A DNA stretch of 64,000 nucleotides, taken from the NCBI GenBank assembly GCA_043799405.1, contig JAZDNT010000003.1:271461-335460 (forward strand), in the 5' to 3' direction. Every line of letters begins with the position of its first letter. Position 1 is the stretch's first letter. Position numbers and translations under genes: made by a program. Positions 26,318-36,100 of the stretch are shown piece by piece. Under the pieces are notes generated by a model that had not been told where the DNA came from, did no database searches, and saw only the letters and a program-made list of their open reading frames with translations. This DNA is from Candidatus Kerfeldbacteria bacterium (GTDB taxonomy: Bacteria; Patescibacteriota; Patescibacteriia; SBBC01).

Positions 26318-27181
26318 CTATCTCATCCCCTCCAGCAGCTTTCTGATGTTCCGGCCGTTTGGCAATTGCTCAATAAGCGGTTTTTCTTTTATTGCTGTAA
26401 ACCCGTCTTCGAGTATCGGCATTTCCTTCCGGTAGAATATACCGATGGGAAGTTTTTCCTCGTTCTGTGCAGCTTTCCACGCTGCATCGCGATCCGCAGA
26501 GTTGTGCTGCAATGTTTCGAGCTTTACAACGCGGTCGTAGAACCACTTGTACGTGTTCACCTTGTTGAACGTGACGCACGGCTGGAAAATATCGACGAGC
26601 GCGAATCCGCGGAACTGGATCGCCTCTTTTATGAGCTGCGTCAGGTGCGTCGTATCACCTGCGAACCCGCGGGAAACGAATCCGCAGCCTGCAGCAAGCG
26701 CAAGCGTCAAGGGATTTACCGGCGTGTCGGTCGAGCCGAAGGGCGTCGACGGCGTCTTTGTCCCTCGCGCTGACGTCGGCGACGTCTGCCCTTTCGTCAG
26801 GCTGTACATCTGGTTATCGTGCACGAGGTACGTCACGTTCGGATTGGCGCGGATCGTGTGGATGAAGTGCGCCATGCCCTCGCCGTAGCCGTCGCCGTCT
26901 CCGCCGACCGCGATCGTCGTTACTCCGCTGTTCGCGAGCGCGATACCTTCTGCGACAGGAAGCGCCCGACCGTGCAGACCGTGGAAACCGTATGCCCTGA
27001 CGAAGTTCGCCTGGTTTCCCGAGCAGCCGATTCCGAACACGACAACGACCTTATGCACTGGAAGTTTCAGTTCGGCGAGCGCTTGCTTTAAGCTCGTCCA
27101 GAGACCGAAGTTTCCGCAGCCAGGGCACCACGTCGGAACGACCGGCGTTTTAAACTCGTCTTGTGGCTGTATCGTGCTCAT
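26318..27181 (-). CDS. 2-oxoacid:ferredoxin oxidoreductase beta subunit (TPP-binding)
   Basis: MSTIQPQDEFKTPVVPTWCPGCGNFG.., GGDGDGYGEG TPP motif. Start ATG 27181 restores the ATGA overlap once the element is removed. The ORF track start at 27199 lies inside the element. Confidence 0.85.
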   Translation of the reverse strand: MSTIQPQDEFKTPVVPTWCPGCGNFGLWTSLKQALAELKLPVHKVVVVFGIGCSGNQANFVRAYGFHGLHGRALPVAEGIALANSGVTTIAVGGDGDGYGEGMAHFIHTIRANPNVTYLVHDNQMYSLTKGQTSPTSARGTKTPSTPFGSTDTPVNPLTLALAAGCGFVSRGFAGDTTHLTQLIKEAIQFRGFALVDIFQPCVTFNKVNTYKWFYDRVVKLETLQHNSADRDAAWKAAQNEEKLPIGIFYRKEMPILEDGFTAIKEKPLIEQLPNGRNIRKLLEGMR

Positions 27182-27259
27182 CCCGTTAGAAGTCCTCATT
27201 AAATAAGATCAAATATGAACAATTGCTATCAGTATTTTTATGGGTGACTTCTAACGGGA
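27181..27259. mobile_element. MITE-like element copy 2 (79 bp) at OFOR alpha-stop / beta-start junction
   Basis: TIRs tcccgttagaagt (27181..) and acttctaacggga (..27259) are perfect. Flanked by tca (27178..27180) and tca (27260..27262), which read TGA on the coding strand. Confidence 0.65.
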
Positions 27260-29020
27260 TCATTTCTTTCTTGCAATCAAAGCAAGTTCTTTAGCAAGCT
27301 CGTCAGGGTCGAACGGCCTTCCGTCATACCGCCGTATCGAATGGTCAGGCGTGAAACCCGTGTACTCGCGGATGAAGCCGGCGAACTTTCCGCTTCGATT
27401 ACTCTCTACAATGACGGTCTTTTTCGCTTTCTTCATCGCTGCCATGAACACTTTAACGGGAAGAGGAGCTACCATCGGGACAACGACCGCGTTCGCGGTC
27501 TTTCCGTAGTTCTTTTTTAACGTTGCAAGCGCCATTTCGACCGGTCCGGCAGACGAACCCCACGTCACGACCGTGAGCGAAGCTTTTTTTGCTCCAATGA
27601 TTCGGGGTGGCATCGTCTTTTTCCGGAGCGTTGCTACTTTCCGTGCCCGACGTTCCATCTGCGCTATGCGGTGGTCCTTGTCCTCGTTCGAAAATCCGTA
27701 CTCGTCGTGCTCGTCCGAGTTCGCAAGGAACAGTCCTTTCGGGGTTCCCGGGATGGCGCGCGGACAGATCCCGTCAGTGACCCTTTCGCGGTATCGCAAG
27801 TAAGTTCCTTCCCCTTTCCATACCTTACCGCGCTTGATAGGAAGCGTTTTTAGGTCCTTCACTGCGACGCTGCAACGCCCTTCAGCAAGGTACTTGTCCG
27901 TCAGCACGATGACCGGCGTCTGGTAGACGTCCGCAAGGTTGAATGCGTGCTGGATAAGCGTAAAGCACTCGGCGTGCGAGGTCGGCGCCAGCACGATGCG
28001 CGGAAAGTCGCCCTGCGAAGCGTGCAAAACCTGCCGAAGGTCGCCCTGCTCGGTCCACGTCGGCATGCCAGTCGACGGTCCCGGACGCTGCGCATCAATG
28101 ATGACGATACCGACCTCGGTCATGGCGGCAAGACCGACCGCCTCGGTCATGAGCGAAAATCCCCCGCCGGACGTTGCTGTCATAGCGCGGACGCCCGCGT
28201 ACGCAGCGCCGATCGCGTTGTTGACCGCTGCGATCTCGTCTTCGGAGTGCCGTACGACCATCCCAAAACCTGGTCCATGCTGGGCTAAAAAGTGCAGGAT
28301 GGACGTTGCCGGGGTCATCGGGTATGCCGAGAAGAACTGGCAGCCGGCCTGGATGGCGCCGAGCGCTAGAGCATCGTTTCCCGTAAGCAGCACCCGCGTA
28401 TCCTTCGTTTTCGCGGGTGTAACCTGCCAGGGACAGCTCTTTCTCTGTGCGCTCGTTGCTGCCTTGTAGCCGGAAGCAAGCACGTCCGCGTTGAGCTTAA
28501 TAACCTCATCCCCTTTTTTACCGAACGTCTCGTCGATCACTTCATTCAGGTTGTCGAGTGGAATATCTAAAAGCGCGCAACTTGCACCGAGTGCCACGGT
28601 GTTACGCATCAGGACCTCTCCGCCGGATTTCTTTGCAAGGTCTTCTAACGGCAGACCGAACAGCAGCACATCGCGGCGCGAAACCTTCGATGGATCGAAC
28701 TTGGCAAACGTTGTATCCGTCGTATCATAGATGATCACGCCGTTCGGGCTCATCTCGGATAGGTGCAGGTCGATAGTCTCGCGGTTCAGCGCAACGAGGA
28801 TGCTGACCGATGTCCTATGGCTCGTGAGCGGCTCGGCTGAAGCCGTGACCTGGTCGGTATTGTGCCCGCCGCGTATGAGCGACGGGTACTCCGGGTAGCT
28901 GAAAACGTTCAGGCCCGCCCGCATGCAGATGCGCGCGAACATTTCTCCGGTCGACATGATGCCGAAACCGGCTTCGCCGCCTATTTTCCACGTGATGTCG
29001 TTCGTTCGTGCTGGCATCAT
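27260..29020 (-). CDS. 2-oxoacid:ferredoxin oxidoreductase alpha subunit (fused gamma-alpha type)
   Basis: 586 aa. N-terminal gamma-like WKIGGEAGFGIMSTGEMFA, then the pyrimidine-binding/transketolase-like alpha domain (YPMTPAT..., GFSLMTEA). Confidence 0.85.
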   Translation of the reverse strand: MMPARTNDITWKIGGEAGFGIMSTGEMFARICMRAGLNVFSYPEYPSLIRGGHNTDQVTASAEPLTSHRTSVSILVALNRETIDLHLSEMSPNGVIIYDTTDTTFAKFDPSKVSRRDVLLFGLPLEDLAKKSGGEVLMRNTVALGASCALLDIPLDNLNEVIDETFGKKGDEVIKLNADVLASGYKAATSAQRKSCPWQVTPAKTKDTRVLLTGNDALALGAIQAGCQFFSAYPMTPATSILHFLAQHGPGFGMVVRHSEDEIAAVNNAIGAAYAGVRAMTATSGGGFSLMTEAVGLAAMTEVGIVIIDAQRPGPSTGMPTWTEQGDLRQVLHASQGDFPRIVLAPTSHAECFTLIQHAFNLADVYQTPVIVLTDKYLAEGRCSVAVKDLKTLPIKRGKVWKGEGTYLRYRERVTDGICPRAIPGTPKGLFLANSDEHDEYGFSNEDKDHRIAQMERRARKVATLRKKTMPPRIIGAKKASLTVVTWGSSAGPVEMALATLKKNYGKTANAVVVPMVAPLPVKVFMAAMKKAKKTVIVESNRSGKFAGFIREYTGFTPDHSIRRYDGRPFDPDELAKELALIARKK

Positions 29021-29034
29021 TAATCAGCGTATCA

Positions 29035-29110
29035 TCCCGTTAGAAACTGATTTGGTAAATACATATGCATGATATATTGTTGTGTGAACAAAAGCTAGTT
29101 TCTAACGGGA
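29035..29110. mobile_element. MITE-like element copy 3 (76 bp) directly after the acetate kinase stop
   Basis: TIRs tcccgttagaaact (29035..) and agtttctaacggga (..29110) are perfect. Flanked by tca (29032..29034) and tca (29111..29113). Confidence 0.65.
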
Positions 29111-30235
29111 TCATGCAGCAACCGCGTCAACAATGGCCTGCTCCTCGTCCGTCGGTACCATGAATGTACGGATGCCCCGTGCTGCCGGAAGGTCACGCAG
29201 GATCATCTGCCGGATGATACGTTTTCCGCTGATCGGTCCGGTAAAGACGATCGCCTGTACAGTACTACTGAGCCCAAGGTATGCGGCAAGGTAGCGCCGG
29301 ATACGGTACGTGTAGACACCAAGCGCGAGTCTCGCCCGTGCTCTGACGGCTGCCGTGTATTTCCTGCGAGGCCACCCTGCTACAGGTTTTCCTATTGCTC
29401 CGAGAATGTCGCGCATGTCTTTGAGACCGCAGAGTCCAAAAAGGCCGGACTCATGCTCGAGAAGATATTTTACACGTTCAGCAGACCACCCGAGTTTGCT
29501 TTGTATATACAGCGGGATCGCAGGATCAATGTCGCCAGAACGCGTGAGCATTGTTAATCCCTCGAGCGGCGTAAAACCCATTGTCGTATCGACCGGTACA
29601 CCGTTCTGCCACAGTGTCATACTCGCTCCTGCGCCGAGGTGAATTGTTACAGCAGAAAATGACCGCAACGGCTTCCGAAGCTTCTTAGCTCCCTGACGGA
29701 AAACCCACGCGTGCGATGTGCCGTGAAATCCGTACCTTTCTATTGCAAGGAGCGTTGCTAAACGCCTCGGGATCGCATACGTTCGTGCGTGTTCAGGAAG
29801 CGAGCGGTATATCGCCGTATCGAACACGCCCCATTGTAAAGCCTTTGGCCACACCCGTTTCGCAAAAGAAACGCCTAAAAGGTTCGCGGGCTGATGCAGC
29901 GGCGCAAGATCAGCAAGCGTTTTTAAGTACTGGATAACAGACGGCGTCAGCCTCATGGGTTTTGAGAACCGCTTTCCGCCATGCACGATGCGGTGTGCTA
30001 TGATGTCAGGTTTAATCCCATAATCCGCAGCAACTCGCCGTACTTCGACGAGAGCTGATCTCAGATCTGGGACGTTCGCAACCCGAGTACGACGGCGGCC
30101 TTCTGAAACGACGTGTATGCGCGCCTGACGACCGAAGTGCTCAACAAACCCCCGCAGTACGATACGGCGGTTCTGGGCTACGGCGAACTTTACCGAGGAA
30201 GAACCAGCATTGAGAACGACGACATTCCGGGTCAT
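29111..30235 (-). CDS. ackA: acetate kinase
   Basis: 374 aa. VLNAGSSSVKF, HRIVHGG, ERYGFHGTSH and GDIDP motifs of the acetate/propionate kinase family. Confidence 0.85.
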   Translation of the reverse strand: MTRNVVVLNAGSSSVKFAVAQNRRIVLRGFVEHFGRQARIHVVSEGRRRTRVANVPDLRSALVEVRRVAADYGIKPDIIAHRIVHGGKRFSKPMRLTPSVIQYLKTLADLAPLHQPANLLGVSFAKRVWPKALQWGVFDTAIYRSLPEHARTYAIPRRLATLLAIERYGFHGTSHAWVFRQGAKKLRKPLRSFSAVTIHLGAGASMTLWQNGVPVDTTMGFTPLEGLTMLTRSGDIDPAIPLYIQSKLGWSAERVKYLLEHESGLFGLCGLKDMRDILGAIGKPVAGWPRRKYTAAVRARARLALGVYTYRIRRYLAAYLGLSSTVQAIVFTGPISGKRIIRQMILRDLPAARGIRTFMVPTDEEQAIVDAVAA

Positions 30236-30236
30236 A

Positions 30237-30800
30237 TCATTTCACCACATCAGCGGTCATGCCGGGAACGACGCCACAGGCGTTTCCTTCGTCAGTGTCG
30301 AGGTGGAGCCGTGTTGTAAAATCTCTGTCAACACGGGCATAGACGTTGTTGAGGAGCGCACCTCGCGGTCCGCCGACACGCACCGAGATAACCTGACGGT
30401 CAGAAAGCCCGAGCGTTTTCGCGTCATCGGGGCTTAAGTGAAGGTGGCGCTGTTGGATGATTGCGGCGGGTTTTGTGATTTCGCCAACTGGCCCTTCGAT
30501 TGTTATTGTCGCTGCGTTGTCGAGAAGACCCGAATCGCTTAATGGTGGCGCAATACCTAAGTGCCGCGCTTCTGTTAATGAAAGCTCGACTTGCGTGTAC
30601 TGCCTGAACGGTCCGACGACGCCGACGTTTGCGTACTCGCCCTTTGGTCCCTTAAGTACGACCCGCTCCTTTGCGACGAACTGTTTAGGGAGCGATATCG
30701 GATGGTCCAGCGTCATCTCCGCCGTACCGAAAAGCTTGACCCAATCGTCTTTGGTGATATGTATGTGGCGTGCGGATAGTTCAATTGGTATGGATATCAT
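30237..30800 (-). CDS. pduL: phosphate acyltransferase PduL type
   Basis: 187 aa with two PduL repeats (IELSARHIHI.. and QQRHLHLSPDDA..). Sits immediately upstream of ackA (1-nt gap). Confidence 0.75.
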   Translation of the reverse strand: MISIPIELSARHIHITKDDWVKLFGTAEMTLDHPISLPKQFVAKERVVLKGPKGEYANVGVVGPFRQYTQVELSLTEARHLGIAPPLSDSGLLDNAATITIEGPVGEITKPAAIIQQRHLHLSPDDAKTLGLSDRQVISVRVGGPRGALLNNVYARVDRDFTTRLHLDTDEGNACGVVPGMTADVVK

Positions 30801-31222
30801 GGTCGCTGATGTATGGTTTTCGAACGTTCTTTCATAATACCGCTTCCGCCCGACAGACGCAAAAGTATAGAAACGATGTTACGATGTGCTACTATCTCAT
30901 TAATCGTTGGCGGAACGCCGATGATGGTCACTTTTTTTAGCCTACCGAGCTTCTGTAATAGCCGCAGCTGCGTCAGCGCGTCAAAGTCATGCACCGAAAC
31001 TCTCGGGGTTCTTTCAAATGTAGCGAGGTCGCTAAAGACCTGTACAGTATCAATGCCAACGACAGCGTCGATCACGACGAGGCGTTCGGGCGTTTCCCAT
31101 TCTTCGTTCGGATCTTTTACCTCGAACGCTATATCCGGGCATGATTTCCGAAGGCCAGCAAGGAGCCGAATGGGCAGCGCGTCGCCGGGAAGGTCGGGGT
31201 TTCCGAAAACGTAGACTGTCAT
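30797..31222 (-). CDS. hydrogenase maturation endopeptidase (HycI/HoxW family)
   Basis: MTVYVFGNPDLPGDALP.., VVIDAV, SVHDF correspond to the GNxxxxD / D / H metal-binding positions of hydrogenase C-terminal proteases. The ORF track start is 31234. Confidence 0.7.
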   Translation of the reverse strand: MTVYVFGNPDLPGDALPIRLLAGLRKSCPDIAFEVKDPNEEWETPERLVVIDAVVGIDTVQVFSDLATFERTPRVSVHDFDALTQLRLLQKLGRLKKVTIIGVPPTINEIVAHRNIVSILLRLSGGSGIMKERSKTIHQRP

Positions 31223-31349
31223 ACCCACCCCCATACCGTCGTATTCCTGAAGCCACGCGCCATGGCTGAAGGATCTCCTTTTGTCCTAAGGAGATTCTTC
31301 GGCTCCACATTGTTCCGCCTCAGAATTACGATGTAGGGGCATCGCTGGA

Positions 31350-32084
31350 TCATAGCGTCTCGTTCGCGAACCGGATGTGAGAAAGGGTCCTGCGCTTGAG
31401 TTCAGAGACCTGCTCCGCGGATACGACCTCGCACGGCACGTCCCAGTGCATCGTTACGAGCTGTCCGGGCGCCAGCGATTCGATGTCGCCCTCTGCACCA
31501 AGGTTCCGTACGATCCTTTTACTCATCGCCTTTCCTAGAGCAAGTTTTCCGTTCACAAGAACTAACGGCTCGGTTTCAACGTTGATGAACGGTCCGTCGA
31601 CGCTCTGCACCTTGCCCCAGCTGATGCGGCAGGAATCCATGCTAAGAAGCGTATGTTCGCGTTCGAGGTTGCCCGTACGCTTCCAAATATCGAACACGTG
31701 GAACGAGTGGTGCGGAACCGCACCCCGGACCGCTTTTCCGCCGAGCAGCTCTAGGGTTACGCGTCCCATACGCTTACCGATCTGCTGCTCATCGCGGAGG
31801 TGGTTGTAAAACGCCCTCACCCTGACCATATCAAGGAGATGATTCCCGATCCAGTATGCCTCAACGACACGCTCGTCGAACGCATCACGGATGTTGTTCG
31901 CGTCCGCGATGAGCCGGAGGTACGGGTACATGGTCTTGAACCCCTTGAGGATGCTCTCGAGGCCGGGGTCAGAAGCCTTGCTGTCGATGTGCGCCAAGAG
32001 CTCCTGATTCGCATCAGGACCGCAGTAGTGCAGACGGTTCGGACCGAACGCGTACCGGCTGCACCGTAGCAATCCATCCATCAT
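31350..32084 (-). CDS. conserved hypothetical protein with HypC/HupF-like C-terminal half
   Basis: 244 aa. Residues ~150-235 (SCRISWGKVQSVDGPFINVE...APGQLVTMHWDVPCEVVSAEQV) align by eye with HypC (MCIGVPGQI..IDG..A.V......GQWVLVHVGFA...I.E.EA). The N-terminal 150 aa are unassigned. First gene of the protease-pduL-ackA-OFOR operon. Confidence 0.45.
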   Translation of the reverse strand: MMDGLLRCSRYAFGPNRLHYCGPDANQELLAHIDSKASDPGLESILKGFKTMYPYLRLIADANNIRDAFDERVVEAYWIGNHLLDMVRVRAFYNHLRDEQQIGKRMGRVTLELLGGKAVRGAVPHHSFHVFDIWKRTGNLEREHTLLSMDSCRISWGKVQSVDGPFINVETEPLVLVNGKLALGKAMSKRIVRNLGAEGDIESLAPGQLVTMHWDVPCEVVSAEQVSELKRRTLSHIRFANETL

Positions 32085-32094
32085 ACGCGATCTA

Positions 32095-33027
32095 TTAGAT
32101 CTGCTGGTTCATCGTCGGCCGACTTACTACAGGGAGCGAGGATGAACGCCGGGTAAAAACGACCACAAGTACGACACCGATGGATATGAAAAACGAATTC
32201 ATGAACTGGACGAGCGGGAACGTGTGCGTAATGAACAGCGCTGAGAGCACGTTCGTAATGAGCGTCGCAGGAACGAGCAGGGTCGCGACATACGTCGCCG
32301 GCGCGCGCTTCAGCGCTGCGTACCACGTCAGGACGTATCCCAAGAGCAGAGCGCTCGAAAGCAGCGTCCAGCCCCACTGTGTCGCGTTCACGTGTGCGAT
32401 TGCTCCGCCGCCTCCGCGTATTCCGACGACACCGTATAGGACAATAGATCCAACTACCATACGTGCAGCAGCAACCGTCGTACTTGAGATATCTTTGAGC
32501 GCGACCTTTGCGATGATGTTCTCGATCGCCCAGAAAAGCGTCGCGCCGAGGATCATGAGCTCGCCAATGTTGAGTTTAAAACCGATAAATCCACCGACGA
32601 AAAGGTTCGCGACCGCAATGAGCCCGATGCCTGCCCACTGCAACCCCGTCATCCGTTCTTTCAGGATTGGAATGGCCAGTAGCAGCACCCAGAGGAACAG
32701 TGATTTATGGATTAGAGAGGCATTGAGCGCCGATGTGCCTGCTAGACCAATGAAGAAAAGAGCGAACGGTACTGAGCCGCCGATGATGCCGATAGCTATG
32801 AGTTTTGTCCAGTGTTTTCGTGTAAGTGTCCTGATTTCGCGCCACTGTTTGAAACACAGAATGATTCCGACCAACAATAAAGCCACGATTGCGTTCTTCA
32901 GCGTCGTGAATACGAGCGGGTCTTTTACCGCGGTCACACCGATCTTGCCAATATAATTACTGAACCCGGAGATAGTCGCGGTTGCAAGCGCGAGGAGCGT
33001 TGCGGAAACGATGGGCGATTGCCTCAT
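32095..33027 (-). CDS. EamA/DMT-family transporter
   Basis: 310 aa, 10 hydrophobic helices in two halves, typical of the drug/metabolite transporter superfamily. Confidence 0.75.
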   Translation of the reverse strand: MRQSPIVSATLLALATATISGFSNYIGKIGVTAVKDPLVFTTLKNAIVALLLVGIILCFKQWREIRTLTRKHWTKLIAIGIIGGSVPFALFFIGLAGTSALNASLIHKSLFLWVLLLAIPILKERMTGLQWAGIGLIAVANLFVGGFIGFKLNIGELMILGATLFWAIENIIAKVALKDISSTTVAAARMVVGSIVLYGVVGIRGGGGAIAHVNATQWGWTLLSSALLLGYVLTWYAALKRAPATYVATLLVPATLITNVLSALFITHTFPLVQFMNSFFISIGVVLVVVFTRRSSSLPVVSRPTMNQQI

Positions 33028-33129
33028 AGAAAGTAACTATACGGATTTTCTTGCGTTAACACAATATCGACGGAGCAACGCTAACTCCGCGCCGTCGTTC
33101 TGACGGCGCGGAGCTTCGTGTTCGGATTG

Positions 33130-36100
33130 TTATTTTATTGTGAGGGTCTTCGATTTAGAGACCTTTCCGCCTGGGTTCGTTACAGTGACGGCGAACTTCC
33201 CTGCACCGAGCTTCGTTGCATCGAAGACGACGCTGAGCTCGGTCGAGGACTTGAAGGTGATCTTCGTTGCTCCGACAGAACCGATGAGGATACCGGAATT
33301 AGACGTGAAGTTCTTTCCCTTGACCTTGATCGTCGCCTTCGTCGCGGTCGCCTTGACCGTTCCGGATATCGATGTTATCTGCGGCGTCGGTATATCGAGC
33401 ACGATCGAACCGCCGGAATCCTTCAAGTACTGCGCGTACGACGTACTGTACTGCTGGAACTTCCCCTTGTTGAACTTATAGACCTGGAAACCCTGTGCCT
33501 TGTTGTTCGTAACGGTCGCAGCGACGACCTGAGGAATGCCGTTGCTGGTGAAATCGACCGCTGCAACGGTGAGCCGTGCGGCGCGCTTACCAACGCCAAT
33601 GTTCGTTGCCTTGTACTTCTTGGCAATCTCAATCACCCGCACCTCGGTTCCGCTTGTGGAGGTGAGTAGAATGTCGGCGTTCCCGTCCTTAGTGACGTCA
33701 CTGAATGCGACAGTATTGATCCCCTTCCATCCTGTCTTAATGGTCTTCAGTAACTTTCCCTTGACATCATACACCTTGACCGATCCTTCGCAGCTCGAGA
33801 CAGCAGCAATGTACTGCTTTCCGCTCACGGCGTTTGTCACGACGTTGACCGTGTCTTTGCACTTCGCGAATGGCGTTACTTTCTTTCCGCCAACCGTAAA
33901 CGACGTGATGTTCGTTTTGCTCCTGGAAACGGTCACTGTTGCGAGCGCGCCGTTCGCCGATGAGCCACTGCTATTCGCGATCGTGTAGACGGAGAAGTGG
34001 TCGACCGGGCAGCTGAAGGTGTTGTTCTCTGTGTTCTTCGTGCAGGTATCAAGGTTCTTGTACGCCCCGAGCGTCGAATCGTAGAAGACCGCCTGCAGTG
34101 CGCTCTCATACGACGTCCCTTCTCGGTTCTTCGGGATCTTGTACGGAAGCGTGATCACGGCGTTCGTATTGAGCTTCTTCACGACCGCGTTGTTCTCGTC
34201 ACGGCACTCGATCGTATACCCGACGCCTTCCGGCTGGTTCGCCTGCGTTGCGACAAGTTCAATGGTCGGACTTGCAGTGCAGGAGCAGATTCCGTCGGTC
34301 GATGAGCTTAACGCGCCGCCTGGAACCTCGATCTTCGCACCGTTCGAAAGTCCGAGCGACAGCGTGCTCGAGCATGCACCGTTCACAGACACTGGATGCG
34401 GCACCTCAAAGTCTTGCTTCTTGAGATCAAGGTTCTGGCTGTACGTCTTCGTCCCGCACTCAATTACCTTGACGACCTCATCAGAACGGTAGAACGTTAC
34501 ATCCTTCATGCTGTCAGCGCCGATGTGCCACTTCGTGTTGCAGGTAACGTTGACCTTGTAGGTACCATCCGGATTGCACCCCTGACCGCTGAAGTTGCCA
34601 TCCTCAGCCCACGCATGTACGAAGCATCGGTCTTGCGCGACGCCCTCGAAAGCAACCTTGCCACTTATCGTTGCATCAGCATCGCGCAACTGCAGCGTAA
34701 CGTTCGCTGTCTTCGCTGTTGTCAGATCGATGAACTGGCACTTCGGCGGCATTGCGTTCGACTGCGGCGGAAGACCGGCACATACTTTATACTTATGGCC
34801 ACTCAACGTAAGGATGCGAGCATTCCCCTGGAAATCTGTGGGGCTGCCTGAACGGATGATCTTGTCAAAATTCGCACCGCCCTGATCTTCTTTGCCTGCA
34901 ACTGCCGTTACTTTTACTGATGCCTTAGAGCTGATACGTACAGTCGTGCTCTGCGCGCTCGGAGGAGGAGCTTGTTTCGCGCATTCTGTCTGGTGTGCGG
35001 GATCGGAACAGTACTTCTGACACTCTTCAGGAGAGCTGCAGCCGCCCGGACCGGCCACGAAAGTACCTTGACCCGGCTGCGGACCGCTGTTCTGGTTCTG
35101 CTTGAATGAATCCTCGCATACTTTTTTGTTCTTCTTGCAGTACTGCGCGCAGTCCCAAGCGTTCTTGCACTTGTTCGGTCCGTCAGGAATGGCGAAGGCC
35201 TTGCATACATTCTTGTTCTTCGAGACGCCACAGCACTTGAGTACGCCCGCCGGATCCTTCGCATTGCACGGCGTCTTCTTGTTGAACCCGAGGTCGGCGC
35301 CCTTGCCGGTGTCGCCTTGACCGGGGCCACCCTGTCGTGACTGGTTGATCTCATCCGAGTTGTCTAGATTGACGTATCCCTGCGTGCCGTTGCCGTTCTG
35401 ATCAAGCAATCGGACCGTGACCGATGCGTCGGCTTGCGTGAACTGTATGTTCTTTTCGACCGTCTGTCCGCTGAACACCTGGATAGGGCTGCCTGGCGGT
35501 GAGTTCATTGCACCGCTTTCCGGTGGGAAGAATGCCCCGATGTTATAGACGCCGGCAACAAGCGAGATCCGGTATGAACAGTCGCTGTTGATCTGTCCCT
35601 GGTAGTGCGCGCCCTCGCGGTCTGCGAACACCATCGCGCCCTTGAGTTTCTCGCAGACCGCAGCACCGACCGGGAATCCCGAAGAGTCGAACAACCGGCC
35701 ACCGACCGTCGAGTTATTGGAGAGCAGCTCGACGTTCTGTGTAATATTTGCGCCACTGGTGATGTTTACGGTAACGGGACTGCCACAGGAATACGGAGCA
35801 TTCGGAGGTGTATGGCACCCGACCTGATATGACGTTGAGACTGCCGACGAAACCCTGATGGTGAATGTACCGTTACGCGGATCCATCGGGCTGCAGTTCT
35901 CATTGAACGATCCTGCCGGCCGCGCATAGACGCACCCGTTCATGTTCGGAAGCGGACTGCCATTCAGGGTGACGGAACCGGTGATCGTCGCATCAGCGAC
36001 ATCGACCGTGAAATTGATATCGGTAACGACAGACGAGTCGGTCGGAACCGTAACGTTAACCTGCGGGCCACCGACCGGTACGTACGCAGAGTTCGGCTCC

